Assembly (NCBI GenBank): GCA_965207895.1
Contig: CBDBNN010000001.1
Coordinates: forward strand, 182,312 to 246,311
From: Dehalococcoidia bacterium
Lineage (GTDB): Bacteria; Chloroflexota; Dehalococcoidia; UBA6926
Reading direction: 5' to 3'
Length of the DNA stretch: 64,000 bases
In this document: positions 58,021 through 64,000 of the stretch, piece by piece
How the letters are laid out: every line of letters begins with the position of its first letter
Numbering within the stretch: the first letter of the stretch is position 1
Notes under the pieces: generated by a model
What the model was told of the DNA's origin: nothing
The model's input: the letters and a program-made list of their open reading frames with translations, nothing else
Databases searched by the model: none
Translations under genes and position numbers: made by a program

Positions 58021-61000
58021 ATGGGGCTGCTGCTCTTGCTGGCAGCATCCATCGCCGGTTTCATGATGCTCATCGACTTGCTCGCGGATACAACGCCGCA
58101 GGACGCGCCTGATCTTCTCGCAGAGGCCGACTCCGAGGCGGATGTCATCAGCCTGCCCAATTCTGCCTCCCTGTTCGCCATCGGCCTTGCAACGATGGCA
58201 ATTATTGTCTCTCTGGCAGTTGTGGCAGCGCCCTCGAATTGGCGCCGCTCAGAGAACGGATTGCCCCGTCCACGTTGGATCTCATTGGGCATCGCCGCGA
58301 TTATTGCTCTCATCATCGCGGCGGCCGGATTGTTTCTGGCTTTCGCAGATGCATCACCTCTTTTCCAGGAGCAGACTGGCGCGGGCGAAGTAACCAGCAG
58401 CCATGAGGTCAACACCAACTGGGTCGCGCCGGCCGGCGTCGCCTTGCTGGCTGCCTTCTTCTTTACCGTCATCCTGATTGGTTTCCTCAGGCCGCGACTC
58501 GTTTTGCCGGTTCTCGCAATCTGGCTGGCCGCAAGCCTCTTCTTTGGATTCTTTAGTTCCAGCGCAATCGCGGGTCTGAGCCTGTTTGATCCCCTGGTCA
58601 GCATCAAAGTGCCGGGTGCCTTCGCCGAAGAGGTTGCCGGGCATCGGACGGTGGCGATTCAACCGGGTTCCGAAGGCGATGGTATACCAGGGCCAGGCGA
58701 CGCCTCGTCTGACCCTAACGATATTCCCGGCAATGGCGTTCTGGAAGATTCTGCTGCAAACGGCGTTAGTGGACTTGATGATGTTGGTCAGGCCGCCCCG
58801 GGAGAAATCTCGGAAGAGGCGGTTATTGCGAGGCTGGAAGGCGCGGGGGACCCCGCTGACCGCGCGAACGCCGCACAAAAACTGGCCGAATTTCGCTCCG
58901 ATGACGCGTTGCGATCTCTTGCACACGCTGGGCTATATGACCCGTCCCAGCTCGTACGCGACAAGGCAATCGACGCCATTACGGAATGGGACTTTGAGAC
59001 GCTTGTCGAGATATTGCAGGAGCACCCGGAGTCTAATGTCCGGCGCGCCGCAGCAGCAGCCCTTGGACGACTGAATGACAGTCGCGCCGTCGAACCGCTC
59101 GCCACAGCCCTGCTAACGGATGAGGCCGCAGAGGTTCGGCAGGAATCCGCCAAAGCCCTCCGCAAGCTCCGCGACCCGGAAGCCGTGAGCCCCCTCATCC
59201 AGGCCCTCTTGCGAGACGAAAATCCATCCGTCAGAACCGAGGCGGCGACTGCGCTCGGCGCGCTGGAAGATGAACGTGCGGTACAGGCTCTCCTCGAAAC
59301 ATTGCAGGGCGATACATCCGCGCTCGCGCGGGAGGCGGGCGCCGAAGCGCTGGGGCGCCTTCGCGGCTCTAACCCGCTAGCCGAACTCGACACTGCACGG
59401 GTGGATGACTTCTCGGCGGGCGTGCGCGAGGAGGCCGCACTGGCCCTCCAACGCTACACGATCCCTGAATTGATAGACGCGCTGCATAACGCGTCGGCTG
59501 CTGACGACCGCGCAGTCGCCGCGAGGCTGCTCGGCGAGAGAAGAACTCCCACAGCGATACCGGAACTCATCCTCGCCCTCAGTGACCCTGAGGGAATCGT
59601 CCGCGAGGCGGCGGCTGGGGCGCTGGGCAATTTCGGCAATATGCAGATGCTGGAGAACGGCAGCTCCGTCCTATCACACGGTGGCAACGAGTACATCATT
59701 CCGGGAACAACAACCAGGCAATCATCCGGTCTCCCTCACGTGCCCATGTTCAGATTCACAAACCAGGCCCACCTGGATTTCCTTCGTACAGCCGTCGGCG
59801 ATGTTTATAGTGGCGATGGCTGGCTGGACAGTAATATTCAAGCACTTCCCTATGAGGCCCATGAACCCATTGAGGAGATCGACGCGTCGGGCAGCCCTCT
59901 CACCTGGGTCTCATCCATGCCGGAAAATACCGTGTACTACCACCCACCGGCCGGCAAGATCTACCTTCCCCGCGGCATTTTCCCGATCGGCTATGTCACG
60001 CGTACTGCAGACGTGGACGGCATATATCGTCCCGGCAGCTCAACCTTCCTCATGCGGGAAAGGCAAAGTTATGTCACAGCCAACGTGACGCCAGCGGTCT
60101 ATGACGACTCAGTTCTGCAGTCTGCCGTTGCGGAGCAGAGCTTGAGCGTTACGTTTCCGGATTCCGTCCCCGATCGCGTTCACGATCTGGCCGCCCGCAT
60201 CACCGCAGGCCACACATCGGCATACGCCAAAGCCAAGGCAATTGAGCAATACCTGGCGACCACCTATGAGTATCGGCTGGCAGACGAGGATACCGTTCCC
60301 ATTCCAAGGGGGCACGATCCCGTTGACTGGTTCCTGTTTGAGAGTCGTGAGGGAACGTGCGGTCAATTCAGCAGCGCCTTTGTTGTGCTCGCACAGTCAA
60401 TCGGCCTCCCTGCTCGCGTGGTTTCCGGCTTCGCGATTACTCCTACCTCAGATGAACAGCTCGTCTTTGCCGACCAGGCGCACCAGCGGGCTGAAATCGC
60501 ATTTGATGGGCTTGGATGGGTTGCTTTCGAACCGACACCGGCTGAGGAGGGCGCGCCAGGCCGCGCTTCCGGTTACTTTGCATCAGGAGAATCGTCTCCA
60601 CGCTCCGCACAAGCGGAGCTTCAGCGTTTGGCGGAACAACTGTCCAGCGACAATCCCGCCGACGTACAGGACGCTCAACGCGCCATTGAGGAACTAGGCG
60701 GGAGTGTCGAGACTCTAGAGAATGGGAGCATTCTCGTAGAGGGTGAAGGTGGCGCCCAGGGCACAGCCCCAAGCACGACGGCAGATCAAGCGTATGACTT
60801 ACCCCAGTCCGCAGTGTTCACGGTTACTGGAGCGCAAGAAACCGGATACCTGGTGACGACAACCGGCGACATCTATACCGGCGACGGATGGCGTCGATTA
60901 GACCCGGTGATCGTCGACTATACCAGATCCGAATCCGTTCCCGAGCTGGTTCGCGATTCAATTGAAGAAGGCCGGGAACCGTGGGGCGATCTGCCGGAAT

Positions 61001-63990
61001 CTCGAATGGAACCGATTCTCCTGGCCCCGGGCGAAAAAGACTTCGATAACGGCGCAAGCATAAGGCTGCGTGTTGCCCCAATTGACGATTCCGGCAGAAT
61101 CCCCGCCGGAGTGGTGCCGGTTTCCCGCCACGTCAACAGCGTGGGGCTTGACGGGTCATACCGGCCCTTCAGCGGCACCTTTGAGATGGATGAGCCGGTG
61201 CTGGGCTACGAATGGTGGTCGATACTCCCGCGCCCGAGTGAGAGAGACCTCAACAGGGCTGGGATTATCGAAGACCCAACATACACCCAGTTGCCGGATG
61301 ACCTTGATGAACGCATACATGATCTCGCCCGACGCATTACGTCAGGGTACGGGACGCCATACGCCAAGGCCCGCGCCATCGAGAGTTACCTCCGCAGCAA
61401 CTACAAGTACGTACTGGGTAAAGACTCAAACAAGCCTCGGCGCCCGGCAGGGTTTGAGGCAGTAGAGTGGTTCCTCTTTGAGACAAGGGAAGGAACGTGC
61501 GGTCAATTCAGCAGCGCGTTCACCGTCCTGGCACGGTCGGCAGGGCTGGCGGCACGGGTCGTGTCCGGCTGGATGATTACACCTACCCCCAATACACAGA
61601 CGGTCTACTCCGATCAGGGTCATCAATGGGCTGAAGTCGCTTTTGAAGGCATTGGCTGGATTACGTTTGAGGCGACCGCATCAGGTGGAGCGCCAACACG
61701 TGTCAGATCCGATGGGCCACCTGATCGGCCGTTGTCGTCCGGCGGGAGTGGCGGGTCCGGCGGGAGTGGCGGGTCCGGCGGGAGCGGCGGGTCCGGTGGG
61801 AGTGGCGGGTCCGGTGGGAGCGGCGGGTCCGGCGGGAGTGGCAGGAGTGGCCCCACGATCCTGGACACCGTTACTGACATCACGTCTTGGCCCCGGGAAA
61901 TCGAGCGTGGCAGACCATTCATCGTCGGTGGCACCGTGCGAACTGATGGCGGGGCCCCCGTTAGCGACATGGAAATAGAGATCTTTGTCAACGAGATCAA
62001 GGCCCAAGGAGGACTCCGTATTGGCACAGGAATGGTACGGAACGGTCGGTACACGGTTGAAGTTGAGATGCCGCCGTCCCTGGAGCGTGGCAATTACCAG
62101 CTCATTGCACACGCAATTGAGAACGAAAACTACTACGAATCGTGGAGCGACCCGGACATCGCCGTCTTCTCAAAGAGTGGCCTCATATTTTCCGGTCCTC
62201 AGCAGGTAAACGTCGGGACGGAGGCTGTTTTCAATGGCCAGGTAACGGAGGATAACGGGAGGGGCGTGCCGGGCATACCGGTGTCCGTCATCATCGATGG
62301 CCGCTCGTTCGCCCAGCGCACCACGGTAGAGGACGGCGGTTTCAGTTTCTCCAACACGTTCCTCCTGCCGGGCGAGCATTGGGCCGAGGTACGATTCCCC
62401 AATACGAATTTCCTCCGCGCCAACTCAGCCCGTCTGCACCTGGATGTGTTCATGCCCACCACGCTCACATTGGACGCGCCCGCGCAGGCGAGGGTGGATG
62501 AGCCGTTCACCATCTCTGGCAGTTTGGTTGACTGGCAGGAAACGCCACTAAACGGCAGCCAGGTAACGATTAACGTCGGCGAAAGTGGCAGCGCCACGGT
62601 CGTCGCAGGCGTTGACGGGTCATTCACGCATCAGGTCACCCTGCCCTCCTCAGGGCAGGTCGCCGTGACCGCAGCCTACGAAGGGACCGAGTCAGTGCTG
62701 CCCTCATCAGCATCGGCCAGCGTCATCGCGCGGGATGTGACCGTTCTGTCATTCGAAGGGCCGGGACAGGTCCTGTCCGGTGAGACGGCAGTCTTCCACG
62801 GCGCAGTCACATCTCCCACGAATGAGGAGCTTGAACCACTGACTGTTGAGATCGTCTTCGGCGGCGAGATCATAGCATCCATCGGGACGGGAGAGGACGG
62901 GGCGTTCTCCTACGACACCGGCAGGCTTGAGGAGACCGGCCAGCGAATGCTGACCGCGCGGGTGCCGGAACAGCGGTTCCTGACATCGAGCGCCACCACT
63001 ATCTCCTATTCCGTCGTGCACCCCACCGTCATCACCCTCGACGGTCCGTCAGTAGCTATGACCGGACAACACATCGAGTTCATCGGCACCCTCAGGCAGG
63101 TCGATGGCCAGTCGATTGCCAGTTCGTCGGTAGTCCTGGACGGCAACCCTGTAATCACCGCAGATGACGGCACATTCAACCATGTTGTCACGCTGCCTGA
63201 AATGCTGGACGGTGATGCCGTTGAAGAGCATATCCACATCGAATACGCGTTCGATGGGACGGACCATCTCGCAGCGGCGTCCGGCAGCCGATTAATCATC
63301 GTTGGCGTGCCGCGTCTCACAACTGAGCGCACTGCTCCAATCGCGCGCGGTGACGTTGCACTACTTCGCGGCGCGGCATTCACGGGAACGCGTCCGCTTC
63401 CCGGCGCAGCCATTTCCCTCACCGGCAGACAGTCCCATGAGACCGATCCGGCCGGCCAATTCCTGTTTGAATATCAGGTTTCTCCGGATACGCCGGTTGG
63501 TCCACTACGCTTGATTGCCTCGCTTGATGATCTGGGGGTTCAGGCTCCCATTGAACTGGATATACGCTCTGCAGTGCACTTGGTCGCAACGCCACTCGAT
63601 GACGTGCGGCCGGGCCACATCATAGGGATGCAGGTCGCTCTGTACGATGACACCGGCGCGGGTATCAGCGGCGCAAACGTCCAGACAAGCACCGGACTAA
63701 ATCTCTTCACCGATGAAATCGGCCATGCCATGTTTGAACTAACCGTGCCGGAGTCCGAAGCGCTACTCGCCGTCCCCATCACATTCACATTCAGCGGCGA
63801 TACCCAACACATGCCGCTCAATTACTTCCTTGGTATCCCCGTTAGTCCACCGCCCTTCAACTGGCTTTTGTGGGTCGTCTTCCCCGCGTTCCTGCTCCTT
63901 ATGGGCGCCGGCGGTTACGGGGCATATCGGCTGCGCGCCGCCGGTGTCCCGCTTGACCCGCGGGCTTGGTCTGCGGGCGTAATCCAAGTG
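58021..63990 (+). CDS. Giant membrane protein (>1990 aa, 3' truncated by window): N-terminal TM helices, PBS-lyase-type HEAT repeats, two transglutaminase-like domains, (GGS)n linker, Ig-like repeats, C-terminal TM
   Basis: Continuous open frame from 57949 to the window end, checked by hand. HEAT repeats (NVRRAAAAALGRLNDSRAVEPL...VRQESAKALRKL...PSVRTEAATALGAL). TGase cores (EGTCGQFSSAFVVLAQSIGLPARVVSG...HQRAEI and EGTCGQFSSAFTVLARSAGLAARVVSG...HQWAEV). An alternative start is the GTG at 57982 after GAGGA. Confidence 0.75.
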
Positions 63991-64000
63991 CCTGAAAGGC

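Noticed and set aside
57942-60697. ORFs 57942-58607(-), 58354-58926(-), 58788-59393(-), 59582-60088(+) and 60242-60697(+)
   Set aside because: All overlap the long uninterrupted plus-strand frame that starts at 58021, which has clear HEAT and TGase motifs. Their own translations are low-complexity.
61741-61846. Possible CRISPR-like short repeats
   Set aside because: The repeats are contiguous 18-mers with no spacers, lying inside a coding frame (Gly-Gly-Ser linker). No CRISPR arrays were seen anywhere in the window.

Overview
This 64-kb window looks like a monoderm, Chloroflexi-type chromosome, judged tentatively from the DUF2298/Chlor_Arch_YYY-like membrane protein at the left edge and the Gram-positive-type conjugation genes. 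It has three parts. (1) A core-like left flank (1-17.7 kb): a K+ uptake locus (three TrkA-domain genes plus trkH) interleaved with stress genes (UspA, HIT, MBL-fold); a DsbA/FrnE-like gene whose CxxC active site carries an in-frame TGA (Sec candidate or pseudogene); sufB-sufD; a divergent DXR-like gene; a family-5 ABC substrate-binding lipoprotein; PHP, hotdog x2 and gamma-CA-like genes; then tRNA-Met(CAT) and tRNA-Val(CAC). (2) A roughly 28.7-kb, visibly more GC-rich integrative and conjugative element inserted at the 3' end of tRNA-Val (about 17.8-46.5 kb). Its large serine recombinase gene overlaps the tRNA. It carries a HigBA toxin-antitoxin pair, a tandem-duplicated Replic_Relax protein (no canonical MOB relaxase seen), a T4SS coupling protein that appears frameshifted, VirB4, pilin-like and PrgI/TcpE-like proteins, a VirB6/TrbL-like protein, a regulatory module with intergenic direct repeats and a 4xHTH XRE-type regulator, and as cargo a 2919-aa secreted adhesin-like protein. 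That protein has near-identical tandem Calx-beta-like repeats and a G10 tract just upstream of its start. A 13/14-bp copy of the tRNA-Val 3' end at 46515-46527 is a candidate attR. (3) A lower-GC accessory right flank: a retropepsin-like protease with its small partner protein; an orphan SMODS/CD-NTase-like nucleotidyltransferase facing a polytopic membrane protein; an NRPS-like A-T-R reductase; a SAM methyltransferase; an FHA-PfkB kinase fusion; a collagen-like GXY protein; an ERG4/ERG24-type sterol reductase homolog; and a >1990-aa HEAT + double-transglutaminase membrane protein. This last protein runs off the window end and is absent from the supplied ORF track because it has no stop in the window. 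Most long ORFs in the high-GC region other than those listed are antisense or out-of-frame shadows and were rejected. All calls rest on recognisable motifs in the translations; no database searches were run.
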